A stretch of 64,000 nucleotides of DNA from a virus (taxonomy: Duplodnaviria > Caudoviricetes): IMG/VR virus record IMGVR_UViG_3300027374_000002, positions 20,097 through 84,096 of that record; one strand, 5' to 3'. The notes beneath the pieces are model-generated. The model did no database searches, was not told the DNA's origin, and saw only the letters and a program-made list of their open reading frames with translations. Positions 55,266-64,000 of this stretch are shown one piece after another; within the stretch, counting starts at the first letter, position 1, and every line of letters begins with the position of its first letter. The position numbers and the translations under genes are program-made.

Positions 55266-57348
55266 AGTTTTAAATATCATACTCACGGTTTTACTTACAA
55301 TCGGGTTTATCCTTTTGGGCGCGTTCGTGTTCCGTTCGTCGTATATACGGCTCGGCTATGCGTTCAAGGACTTCGGACTTTCGGTTGCGTATTACTTTTG
55401 CGAAATGTTTGGAAATAAGCACAGCATAACGCCTACGGTAAATTCCATACCCGAAGTTCAGACGCCGCAGGTAACGCTGCCTACCAACTTTGACGGGTTC
55501 AAGGACAATACCGCGAGTTACTTTTCTTTACTGTTCAATTCGGACAATTTTAACGGTTGGCTGGGGCATATATCGGGGGTAATGGCTGATTTTGCAAAGA
55601 TTTTAGTAATAATCCTGCCGTGCATTGTCGCTTTTATATTTATAATTAAAGCATTGTATAAACGTGAGAATAACAAACACGGCAAGGAAACGATACCATT
55701 GCGGATATTCAAATTTATAGCTCGGTTTACCTATCAACCGTTAAAGCGGTTTATCGTCGGCTACATAGAATTTATCCGCTCGCACGCTTGGATATGGATT
55801 TGCTGGCTCATTCTATGGGGGCTGAATTTCAACCTCGGAACGGTTGCGGTTGAGTTCTTTGCGTACTACTTTTATTTTGCCGTCGAGTTTGATTTCGGTA
55901 CTGTTTACACGCAGTTTGTCAAGCTGTTTGCCGACCTTAAAACGCCGTTCGTTTATTTCCCTTGGTGGACGCTCTTATTCCTCATTTATCCGCTGTTCGA
56001 TAAGTTCCGTAAGCGCATAGCAAATTCAAGGCTACGCCACTATGAAGCACGGAATTGCGGGTTTATTAATGAGCTTCCTATCGTTTCTTTAACGTGCGGT
56101 TCAATGGGTAAGAAAAAAACTACGGCAATTACCGATATGGCACTGTCGCAGGAAGTTATGTTTAGGCAGAAAGCCTTTGATATATTGCAGAAGAATGATA
56201 TGAAATTTCCGCATTTTCCGTGGATACTTTTTGAAAAAGCTATGCAGGCTGAAATAGAAAGCGGACGGGTTTATAATCTTGCTACCGTTAAATATTGGGT
56301 TGCGGAATTAGAGGAACGCGGTGAGTTGTTTGGCTATGACAGCGAGCATTACGGGTTGGTTTTTGATGACGGTTTGAAAGAGGATAGTCTTTACAAGGTG
56401 TTATCAACGTATGCGCAAGCCTATTTTATTTACATAATCGAAAGCAGTCTTATTGTTTCCAACTACTCCATAAGAGAGGACAACCTGTTGCTTGACAGTG
56501 GTAATTTCCCTTTATGGCTTATGGACTTCTTCCCTACTAATTTCAGGCGGGATAGCTGCCACGCTCACATTCTTGATTTTGACGTTTTAAGGCTCGGCAA
56601 GAAAGTTTTGGACGAGAACCCCAACGCCGGCAGCTTCGAGTTCGGTGTTATAGGCATTACAGAAATAGGAAAGGAACGCGGCAATAATCTTGAATTGCAG
56701 GAAAAGAAAAAGTCTTCTGACGAGGCGAACCAAAAGAACGACAAGTTCAATTCTTGGCTTAAAATGTGTCGTCATAGCGCAACGGTTGATAATTTCCCGT
56801 TTATAAAGGTTTTTGCAGACGAGCAACGGCCTGAAAGCTGGGGCGCAGATGCAAGAGATTTGTGTGATATTGTAAATATAACTGCAAGCGGTGAAATGAA
56901 GTTAGCTATGCCCTTCTATACCATTGGCGATATGATTTCCGAATGGGCTTTCAATAAGTTTATCGGACTGTATTACGATTTTCGTTTTAGGCGCGGAGAT
57001 AATACACTTCTAATTCACATTTTAAAATGTCTAACCTTTTGGCTGTGGAAACGCAATATCAAGATATACAATCGTTATGGCTATTCTGTGCTTAAAATCG
57101 AAAAGGAACGCGGCACTATGGACGGTAAGATTTATAAGAAAAAGTATTATCTTATGAGTGCAAAAATCTACCGTAAGCGTTTTGCTACGGACTGTTTTGC
57201 GGACTATTTTAACGATATGGCTTTGCGCACAAATGTCGGGCTTAATGATTATCGAGAGTATCTAACTGAACGCGCGAGCGTTGACGAGTTACAGGCGCAA
57301 AACAGCTATTTTGTAAACGCACTCTACGGAATTGGAGGTAATGATTAA
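55258..57348 (+). CDS. Multi-TM P-loop ATPase, pI/Zot-like
   Basis: Several N-terminal TM segments; Walker A variant GSMGKKKT, Walker B variant VIGITE, FIKVFADEQRP...ARDLC. Confidence 0.7.
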   Translation: MRRVLNIILTVLLTIGFILLGAFVFRSSYIRLGYAFKDFGLSVAYYFCEMFGNKHSITPTVNSIPEVQTPQVTLPTNFDGFKDNTASYFSLLFNSDNFNGWLGHISGVMADFAKILVIILPCIVAFIFIIKALYKRENNKHGKETIPLRIFKFIARFTYQPLKRFIVGYIEFIRSHAWIWICWLILWGLNFNLGTVAVEFFAYYFYFAVEFDFGTVYTQFVKLFADLKTPFVYFPWWTLLFLIYPLFDKFRKRIANSRLRHYEARNCGFINELPIVSLTCGSMGKKKTTAITDMALSQEVMFRQKAFDILQKNDMKFPHFPWILFEKAMQAEIESGRVYNLATVKYWVAELEERGELFGYDSEHYGLVFDDGLKEDSLYKVLSTYAQAYFIYIIESSLIVSNYSIREDNLLLDSGNFPLWLMDFFPTNFRRDSCHAHILDFDVLRLGKKVLDENPNAGSFEFGVIGITEIGKERGNNLELQEKKKSSDEANQKNDKFNSWLKMCRHSATVDNFPFIKVFADEQRPESWGADARDLCDIVNITASGEMKLAMPFYTIGDMISEWAFNKFIGLYYDFRFRRGDNTLLIHILKCLTFWLWKRNIKIYNRYGYSVLKIEKERGTMDGKIYKKKYYLMSAKIYRKRFATDCFADYFNDMALRTNVGLNDYREYLTERASVDELQAQNSYFVNALYGIGGND

Positions 57349-58427
57349 TGGCTTATAATTGGCAGCAGCAAGTTGAACCCAAGGGCGGCTTTTACCCCGA
57401 AACCAAGGTGTATTTTGATGGCAGTCATTATATAGCAATTCCGCATACGGAACGTCCGTTTAAGCCGCGTAAAAAGCATATTGAAGAAATTGTTTCAGAG
57501 CAAAATAAGTGGCCACAGTTGGAAGAATTATCTGCTGAGGAAGCGGCTGATTCGCCTTTTACAGAGAATGAAATTAGCGCACCGGAAGAAAAACCCGATG
57601 CGCTTATAGGCGTTGAAAATAATAATTCCCCCCATAATATGTGCCAAATAACGCAGAAATTGGGTAAAAAAGAGCTTTTTGAAAAGTTTTATAGAGAGCA
57701 TATAAATGAAAAAAGGTCAGAACGTCGTAAAAAGATAATTGAAGCAATGTTGCCATTTTTTGAAGATAGAACGGCTACCGAAAATTACGTTGACGCTAAT
57801 ATGGCAAGAAAAAAACGCAACTTGATTTGTAGGCGTGTCAGAATGGTGCGCAAAGCCAATCTTGCCGATTTCAACTTTTTCGTAACGCTTACTTATGATG
57901 ATAAAAAACATACGGAATGTAGTTTCAAAAAACAGTTGAAAACCTGTTTCAGAAATTTGTGTTATAGAAGAAATTGGAAGTATATGGGTGTATGGGAGCG
58001 TTCTCCCGAAAGGAAGCGTTTACATTTCCATGGTCTCTTTAATATTCCCGATAATGCTGTAGTTGGCGAATTTCAAGAAGTAACCGATTATAGCACTAAT
58101 CTACATGCAATGCAAACCATAAATCAAAATACATATTTTGCTGAAAGATTTGGACGTAACGATTTCAAAGAACTTGATAAAAGACTGTTGGGTGAGGCCC
58201 TTGGCTATTTAATGAAGTACTTGGAAAAGACAGGGGAAAAGATAGTTTATAGTAAAGGACTGCCGCAATTTTTCATATCCGATATTATGGAAGACGATAT
58301 TGTATGTACCATAGGTCAAGAGGATAAAAAACTGTTACTTTTCGATGATTTCAAATGTTGGGATGAGGGGGTAAATGTCGGAACGGTAAGCAAGGTAACG
58401 ATAGCGCAACTACGCAAGAGTAATTAA
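57348..58427 (+). CDS. Rolling-circle replication initiator (HUH endonuclease)
   Basis: Motif I FVTLTY, motif II LHFHGL, motif III YLMKY. Confidence 0.9.
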   Translation: MAYNWQQQVEPKGGFYPETKVYFDGSHYIAIPHTERPFKPRKKHIEEIVSEQNKWPQLEELSAEEAADSPFTENEISAPEEKPDALIGVENNNSPHNMCQITQKLGKKELFEKFYREHINEKRSERRKKIIEAMLPFFEDRTATENYVDANMARKKRNLICRRVRMVRKANLADFNFFVTLTYDDKKHTECSFKKQLKTCFRNLCYRRNWKYMGVWERSPERKRLHFHGLFNIPDNAVVGEFQEVTDYSTNLHAMQTINQNTYFAERFGRNDFKELDKRLLGEALGYLMKYLEKTGEKIVYSKGLPQFFISDIMEDDIVCTIGQEDKKLLLFDDFKCWDEGVNVGTVSKVTIAQLRKSN

Positions 58428-58440
58428 TAATAACAGGGTC

Positions 58441-58616
58441 ACCCTCAATTAAAATAGAAAGGTGTAACGGAAAAATGGGTGCTTCGCCAAGCGGTTCAGC
58501 GGCGAACACCCATTCCGTTCCATTCTATTTTTTGGGGTTTTGTTTTGTTAATCGTGGCGTGTGCTTGTCTGCGGAGCGCAGCGCCGCCTCGTATCAAGAC
58601 AAGCACACGCCACGAT
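58441..58616. other. Two large hairpins, putative rolling-circle origin (dso/sso)
   Basis: Imperfect stem of about 100 nt at 58441-58538; perfect 20-bp inverted repeat 58551-58570/58597-58616. Confidence 0.65.
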
Positions 58617-58796
58617 CTCAAAGTGGGTTATAATTTATTATTTTTGGGGTTTGCAGTTCGTTAAGAAGTTTTTTAAAAATTTAAATAAATTTTTTATTTA
58701 TGACTATGTGTGTCACATTTATTATGGTATAATTGCTTTAAGTAATATATTATGTTTTTATTAAAATTTGTAAATTTGTTTTAGGGATAAGTTGTT

Positions 58797-59276
58797 ATGA
58801 AAAAATGTCCACGTTGTCAACTCAATTATATAGAAGATTTTGAAGATTACTGTGATGTTTGCTTGACAGAAATTGAGCAAAATGGTAAGCGGCGATATAA
58901 TAAGGGCTTAGCTCTCGGGAATGAGGTTAATGAAAAAGAAATTAAAGTACAAATTACTGCCAATCAGATTTTTCAAGCAGTACGCTATTTGAGTTATAAC
59001 TATGGTGAGTACAGTATTTACGAAACCGAAAATCAGTTTTCGTATCGAAATGTCCTCAATAAGTTGTTGTCATCATTTCGTTATGGTAAGAAAAAATATG
59101 ATTGTGGTGCTGGCTTTGCGTATGTATTTGATGAAGATGAAATTTGGAATAATTATTTTTTAGTTAATGATGATTATAGAGAAATCATAAATCGTAGAAA
59201 ATTAAATTGTTTTGCTGATTTGTTGGCGGCTGCTAAGTATTGGCTTTCATTACCGTATAAGTCACGTAGGGTTTAA
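58797..59276 (+). CDS. Hypothetical protein with N-terminal zinc finger
   Basis: CPRC...CDVC. Confidence 0.65.
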   Translation: MKKCPRCQLNYIEDFEDYCDVCLTEIEQNGKRRYNKGLALGNEVNEKEIKVQITANQIFQAVRYLSYNYGEYSIYETENQFSYRNVLNKLLSSFRYGKKKYDCGAGFAYVFDEDEIWNNYFLVNDDYREIINRRKLNCFADLLAAAKYWLSLPYKSRRV

Positions 59277-59359
59277 AGGGTTAAGGCTTTAGTATCATTG
59301 ACTTTATTATGGAATTTTGTTATAATTTAATTCGTAATTTTTAAGTTTTAGGGGTTTTT

Positions 59360-61183
59360 ATGAATATTGAAAAATACAGACCGAATTCGTTAACTGTTAG
59401 CGCAATACTTGGACTTATTGCATCTAACGAAATTGCTGTACCCGAAATACAAAGACCATTTGTTTGGAAGAGTAAGCAAGTACGAGATTTGCTTGATTCC
59501 CTTTACAAAGGATATCCTACAGGATATTTAATTTTATGGAAAAACCCTTCTGTTAAATTGAAAGATGGGACATTATCTTCCGGCAAAAAGATTTTGATAG
59601 ATGGACAACAAAGGATTACCGCTTTAATGACTGCGGTTGCGGGTATTCCCGTTGTCAACAGCGAGTATAAAAAAGCGAGAATTAAAATTGCATTTGACCC
59701 TTTTGCAGCTTTATCCGACGATAAAGACGCTGCTGTTTTTGAGGTGCAAGATCAAAGCCATCTGAGAAGTAAACGTTGGATTGCTGACATTGCCGAGGTT
59801 TTTAAAACAGGATTTTCATCTTGGAATTTCGTCCATGAGTATTGTAAAAACAATCCCGATATGGAACCAGAGAAGCTGAATACAGTATTACAAAATTTAC
59901 AATATATTGGGAACAGACCAATTGGTGTTATCGAACTTGAAGAACATTTAGATATTGATATTGTAACTGATATATTTATACGAATTAATTCAAAAGGTAC
60001 AGCTTTAAGTCAGGGTGATTTCGTTATGTCCAAGATAGCGTCTGATGAAACGCATGGCGGAAATATGTTGCGCCGTGCAATAGATTATTTCTCGCATTTG
60101 TGTGTTGATTCGGCATTCTATAGTTCTTTAAAAGAGAACGATGAAGATTTTGTTAATAGCGAATACTTTAGCAAAATATCTTGGTTAAAAGATGATACAG
60201 AAACCGTATTCGATCCTGAGTGTGATGATATTATAAGAATCGCCTTTATGCACAAATTCCCGCGTGCTAAATTGGCTGATTTGGTTGGGTTGCTTTCAGG
60301 AAGAAATTTCGAGACTCGTGAGTATAGCGAGGACATAATCGAGTCTACATATGTTGCTCTCAAAGAGGGTGTGTTAAATGTAGTTAATAAGCATAATTTT
60401 ACGCAGTTTATGATAGCCATAAAAAGCGCGGGGTTTATATCTCCCAAACTTATCAATTCAAATATGGCACTTGATTTTGCATATACTTTGTATTTGCGCC
60501 TCCACGAGACTCAAGAAGTTAGTGTATCAGAGATAAAAAATATAGTTCAAAAATGGTATGTTTTATCCGTTTTGACAGGAAGATACAGCACGTCGCCGGA
60601 AACGGTATTTGCTAAAGATTTGCGTTTGATTAAAGAAAACGGCGTGAAGCAAACATTAAAAGATATTGAAGCCGCCACACTTTCTGATAGCTTTTGGGAT
60701 GTCGCGCTCGTTCAAAATCTTAGCAATACCTCTACTAAAAATCCTGCATATATGGTGTTTATGGCTGCGCAAGTTAAGAACAACGAATTATCGTTGTTGT
60801 CAAGCAATGTAACTGTTAGGGAATTGATAATGTTGGGTGGTGATATTCATCATATATTCCCTAAAGAATATCTTAAATCTTTTGGCTATGAAAAGAGTCA
60901 ATATAATCAAGATGGCAACTACGTGTATCTTGACCGACCTGTAAATATTTCTATCGGTAAAAAGTCGCCCAAAGTTTATTTTTCACAAGCTCTTTCGCAG
61001 TGTGACACGCAAGAAATCGTTTGCGGTAACATTACAGATAAAAATCAGTTGTTAGCTAACTTAAAAGTAAATTGTATTCCGGATACAATTTTTGAAATGG
61101 AAGAAAACAGATATCAGGAATTTTTAGCCGCAAGGCGCCAGATGATGGCAAAGAAAATTAAAGATTACTATTATAGCCTTTAA
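59360..61183 (+). CDS. GmrSD-like (DUF262 + HNH) protein
   Basis: VPEIQRPFVW, LIDGQQR, FIRINSKG, DIHHIFPK. Confidence 0.88.
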   Translation: MNIEKYRPNSLTVSAILGLIASNEIAVPEIQRPFVWKSKQVRDLLDSLYKGYPTGYLILWKNPSVKLKDGTLSSGKKILIDGQQRITALMTAVAGIPVVNSEYKKARIKIAFDPFAALSDDKDAAVFEVQDQSHLRSKRWIADIAEVFKTGFSSWNFVHEYCKNNPDMEPEKLNTVLQNLQYIGNRPIGVIELEEHLDIDIVTDIFIRINSKGTALSQGDFVMSKIASDETHGGNMLRRAIDYFSHLCVDSAFYSSLKENDEDFVNSEYFSKISWLKDDTETVFDPECDDIIRIAFMHKFPRAKLADLVGLLSGRNFETREYSEDIIESTYVALKEGVLNVVNKHNFTQFMIAIKSAGFISPKLINSNMALDFAYTLYLRLHETQEVSVSEIKNIVQKWYVLSVLTGRYSTSPETVFAKDLRLIKENGVKQTLKDIEAATLSDSFWDVALVQNLSNTSTKNPAYMVFMAAQVKNNELSLLSSNVTVRELIMLGGDIHHIFPKEYLKSFGYEKSQYNQDGNYVYLDRPVNISIGKKSPKVYFSQALSQCDTQEIVCGNITDKNQLLANLKVNCIPDTIFEMEENRYQEFLAARRQMMAKKIKDYYYSL

Positions 61184-61213
61184 TATAATAATTTCATAAT
61201 TGGAGATAAGTTA

Positions 61214-63829
61214 ATGAATAAACAACAGTTAGCGGCAAAAATTTGGAAAGCAGCAAATGAAATGCGTTCTAAAATAGAAGCGAATGAATATAAAGACTAC
61301 ATTTTAGGTTTTATTTTCTATAAATTCCTCTCTGAGAACGAAGAACGGTATTTTAGAAAAATGGAAGCAACTAAAGAAGATATTGTTGAGTTAAAAGAGA
61401 ATGATCCTCCTGCTAAAATTGCAAAGAGGAATATTGGTTATTTCATTGAATACAAAAACTTATTTTCCACTTGGCGCGAACTTGGGGATGATTTTAGCAT
61501 TGACAACGTTATTACAGCATTAAATGCTTTCGCGCGTTTGAATTATCACAATCATAATGAGCAAGAAGATAAATTACAAAGAACTATTTATTATGATATT
61601 TTTAAAACTCTTAATGATGGATTAACAAAATTAGGCGAGAATGCTCAAGCGCAGACCAAAGCAGTTAAAAAGTTAATCAAGATTATTGATGAAATCCCTA
61701 TCAACGAAAATGACGAATATGACGTTTTAGGTTTCATTTATGAATATTTAATAAGTAATTTTGCCGCTAACGCAGGTAAAAAGGCTGGTGAATTTTATAC
61801 GCCACACGAAGTATCCCTGCTTATGAGTGAATTAATTGCTGACCATCTTAAAGAAAGAAAAGAAATTAAAATTTACGACCCTACTTCTGGTTCGGGTTCA
61901 TTGCTTATCAATATAGGCAGCGCGGTTGCGAAAAGGATAATTGGCAAGGATAAAATTAAGTATTACGCTCAAGAGTTAAAAGAAAACACCTATAATTTAA
62001 CTCGTATGAATTTAATTATGCACGGTATAACACCGGATAATATTATCGTGCGTTGCGGAGATACATTGGGCAGAGATTGGCCAATGATATATGATGAAAG
62101 CGACCCTGATAATAGTTATGAGCCTCTTTGTAATTTAGACGCCGTAGTTTCAAACCCGCCCTATTCTCAAAAGTGGGAACCAGAAAACAAAAAATATCAA
62201 CCCCGATTTGCGGATTATGGTGTTGCTCCTAAAACCAAGGCTGACTATGCGTTCCTCCTGCACAATTTATACCACCTTGACGCCAATGGAATTATGACTA
62301 TAGTATTACCTCATGGCGTTTTGTTCAGAGGTGGTGATGAAGCAGAAATTCGTACTAATTTAGTTGAAAAGAATAATATTGATGCCATTATTGGTTTACC
62401 TGCCAATATCTTCTTTGGTACGGGTATTCCGACAATAATTATGGTTTTGAAAAAAGGAACGTCGCGAAATGACCTTGATGACGTTCTCATAATTGATGCT
62501 TCGAAGGGGTTTGAAAAAGAAGGCAAAAGTAATAAATTGCGCGCAAGAGATATAAAGAAAATCGTTGATGTTTATGTTGCGCGTAGAGAAGTGCAAAATT
62601 TTTCACGTAGAGTTTCCCGCGACCTTATTCGCCAGAACGATTATAATTTAAATATTCCCCGTTATGTTGATAATAGCGAAAAGTCTGAAAGTTATGATAT
62701 TTATGCTTCAATGTTTGGAGGTATCCCTAAGAGCGAGATTGATGAGCTCAACAGCTATTTTGAAGTTTTTACCACGCTTCGAGGACAATTGTTTACAGAC
62801 AGCACTACGCCATATGTAAATATCAAAACAGATAATATCAAAGCTACTATTGAGGGCAATCAAGAAGTTATAAATTTTAAAGAAAGTTTAAATAAGGCTT
62901 TTTCCGGATTTGACGATTTTTTATATAGTGAATTGGTTGATAAAATGCAGTCAATAACAGTCGCCAATGAAGAAAATGTAATTACAGAAGATATTTTTAA
63001 GCGATTGATTGATATCCCTCTTATTGACAAATATGAGGCTTATCAGTTGCTTGATAATAAATGGAAACAAATTTCTATAGATTTGGAAATTATTCGTTCT
63101 GAGGGGCAATCTGTTATTATGCAGGTTGATCCTAATTTGGTCATAAAGAAAAAAGGTGATGAAGAAGTTGAAGTTCAGGATGGCTGGATTGGACATATTA
63201 TTCCATTTGATATTGCTCAAAAAGTTTATTTCAGTGAAGATTTAAATTCTATTTTACAAATTGAAACTGAATTAAGTGATATAGCTAATCAGTATGAAGA
63301 ATTTATTGAGCAGATTCCTGAAGACGACAGGGGCGGAGATTTCTTGAATGAAGATAATACTGCTTTTGTTCCTAAAGAGGTTGCTAAAGCTGTAAAGCCC
63401 TATGCAAAAGGCAAACAACCGGAGGCGGATACTGTTGACGAAATTCTTTGTAAAGTAAATGCTTTAATGGTAAAAGAAAAGAAATTAAGAAAGGATGTAA
63501 AAGATGCGAAGAGCGCATTACATAATAATACAAAATCTTTGATTGAGTCTTTGACCATTGATGACGCATATAAACTTTTAAAAATTAAATGGATTGACTC
63601 TGTTGCAGAAGCAATTAAACTCTTACCTAACTCCATCGTAAGTGCATTAATTAGTAAGGTTTCTGCACTTACAAAGAAGTATAGCGTAAGTCTTGTTGAT
63701 TTAGATGATGAAATAAGCAAATCAAGTAGCGATTTGGTTACTCTTTTGGACGAGCTTGAAGGCGACGAATTTGATATGAAAGGCATAAAACAGCTTAGAA
63801 AAATGCTTGAAGGTGCTGAAAATGAGTGA
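61214..63829 (+). CDS. hsdM: Type I R-M methyltransferase subunit, long form
   Basis: GEFYTP, IYDPTSGSGSLL, VVSNPPYS; about 350-aa C-terminal extension. Confidence 0.95.
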   Translation: MNKQQLAAKIWKAANEMRSKIEANEYKDYILGFIFYKFLSENEERYFRKMEATKEDIVELKENDPPAKIAKRNIGYFIEYKNLFSTWRELGDDFSIDNVITALNAFARLNYHNHNEQEDKLQRTIYYDIFKTLNDGLTKLGENAQAQTKAVKKLIKIIDEIPINENDEYDVLGFIYEYLISNFAANAGKKAGEFYTPHEVSLLMSELIADHLKERKEIKIYDPTSGSGSLLINIGSAVAKRIIGKDKIKYYAQELKENTYNLTRMNLIMHGITPDNIIVRCGDTLGRDWPMIYDESDPDNSYEPLCNLDAVVSNPPYSQKWEPENKKYQPRFADYGVAPKTKADYAFLLHNLYHLDANGIMTIVLPHGVLFRGGDEAEIRTNLVEKNNIDAIIGLPANIFFGTGIPTIIMVLKKGTSRNDLDDVLIIDASKGFEKEGKSNKLRARDIKKIVDVYVARREVQNFSRRVSRDLIRQNDYNLNIPRYVDNSEKSESYDIYASMFGGIPKSEIDELNSYFEVFTTLRGQLFTDSTTPYVNIKTDNIKATIEGNQEVINFKESLNKAFSGFDDFLYSELVDKMQSITVANEENVITEDIFKRLIDIPLIDKYEAYQLLDNKWKQISIDLEIIRSEGQSVIMQVDPNLVIKKKGDEEVEVQDGWIGHIIPFDIAQKVYFSEDLNSILQIETELSDIANQYEEFIEQIPEDDRGGDFLNEDNTAFVPKEVAKAVKPYAKGKQPEADTVDEILCKVNALMVKEKKLRKDVKDAKSALHNNTKSLIESLTIDDAYKLLKIKWIDSVAEAIKLLPNSIVSALISKVSALTKKYSVSLVDLDDEISKSSSDLVTLLDELEGDEFDMKGIKQLRKMLEGAENE

Positions 63830-64000
63830 AAATACTAAAACTCCTCGTATCCGCTTCAAAGGCTTCACAGACGCTTGGGAACAGCGTAAGTTTAAAGAAA
63901 GTGTTGAAATTGAGCGTGGAGGCTCGCCAAGACCTATTAATGATTATATTACAAATGAGCCTAATGGTTTAAATTGGATTAAGATTGGCGATGCGCCAGA
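63822..64000 (+). CDS. hsdS: Type I R-M specificity subunit (5' part)
   Basis: PRIRFKGFTDAWEQRK, ERGGSPRPI, WIKIGDA; runs off the end of the window. Confidence 0.9.
   Translation, partial: MSENTKTPRIRFKGFTDAWEQRKFKESVEIERGGSPRPINDYITNEPNGLNWIKIGDAP

Larger units (their letters stand above)
44250..58620. mobile_element. Integrated rolling-circle element, inovirus-like or enveloped-virus-like
   Basis: Tyr integrase, XRE pair, membrane proteins, pI/Zot-like ATPase, HUH Rep, origin-like hairpins. Ends are approximate. Confidence 0.75.

Noticed and set aside
58479-58764. Short ORFs after Rep
   Set aside because: They run through the hairpin region and lack an RBS.
58620-58800. att core matching the integrase-proximal end
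   Set aside because: No long direct repeat with 44230-44364 found by eye; only a 9-bp inverted match (ATAGTCATA/TATGACTAT).
1-64000. tRNA, rRNA, IS transposase, group II intron, retron
   Set aside because: No diagnostic motifs noticed by eye; tRNAscan/Infernal would be needed to exclude short RNAs.

Overview
The whole 64 kb is accessory, mobile DNA from a low-to-mid GC Gram-positive (Clostridia-like) genome. No housekeeping gene, tRNA, rRNA or CRISPR array was recognised. At least five blocks abut. (1) <1-26.9 kb: right half of an HK97-type siphovirus prophage. It runs DNA methylase, PAPS-reductase-like gene, four cargo cassettes each opened by the same conserved promoter (DUF4314, amidoligase + gamma-glutamylcyclotransferase, hypotheticals), terL, portal, ClpP-type protease, capsid, tail module with a -1 frameshift chaperone and a Fic moron, holins but no endolysin, then a serine-recombinase triad. 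(2) 26.9-33 kb: cargo including an RNase III with two dsRBDs coupled to a protein with a HicA-like C-terminus, and a GmrSD-like gene bracketed by a 21-bp direct repeat. (3) 33-39.8 kb (minus strand): operon of a dead resolvase domain, a large serine recombinase, paralogous small beta-domain proteins and two ParB-fold proteins, next to a divergent XRE pair; a cluster of orphan phage-like genes follows at 40-44 kb. (4) ~44.2-58.6 kb: an integrated rolling-circle element with a tyrosine integrase broken by one in-frame TAA, XRE repressors preceded by three Spo0A-box matches, several membrane-anchored proteins, a multi-TM pI/Zot-like ATPase, an HUH Rep and large origin-like hairpins. It looks like an inovirus-like or enveloped ssDNA virus but has no obvious small major coat protein. 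(5) 58.8->64 kb: a second GmrSD-like gene and type I R-M hsdM/hsdS. The best candidates for undescribed systems are block 4, the recombinase/ParB operon and the RNase III operon. All family assignments are from motif recognition by eye; no database search was run.
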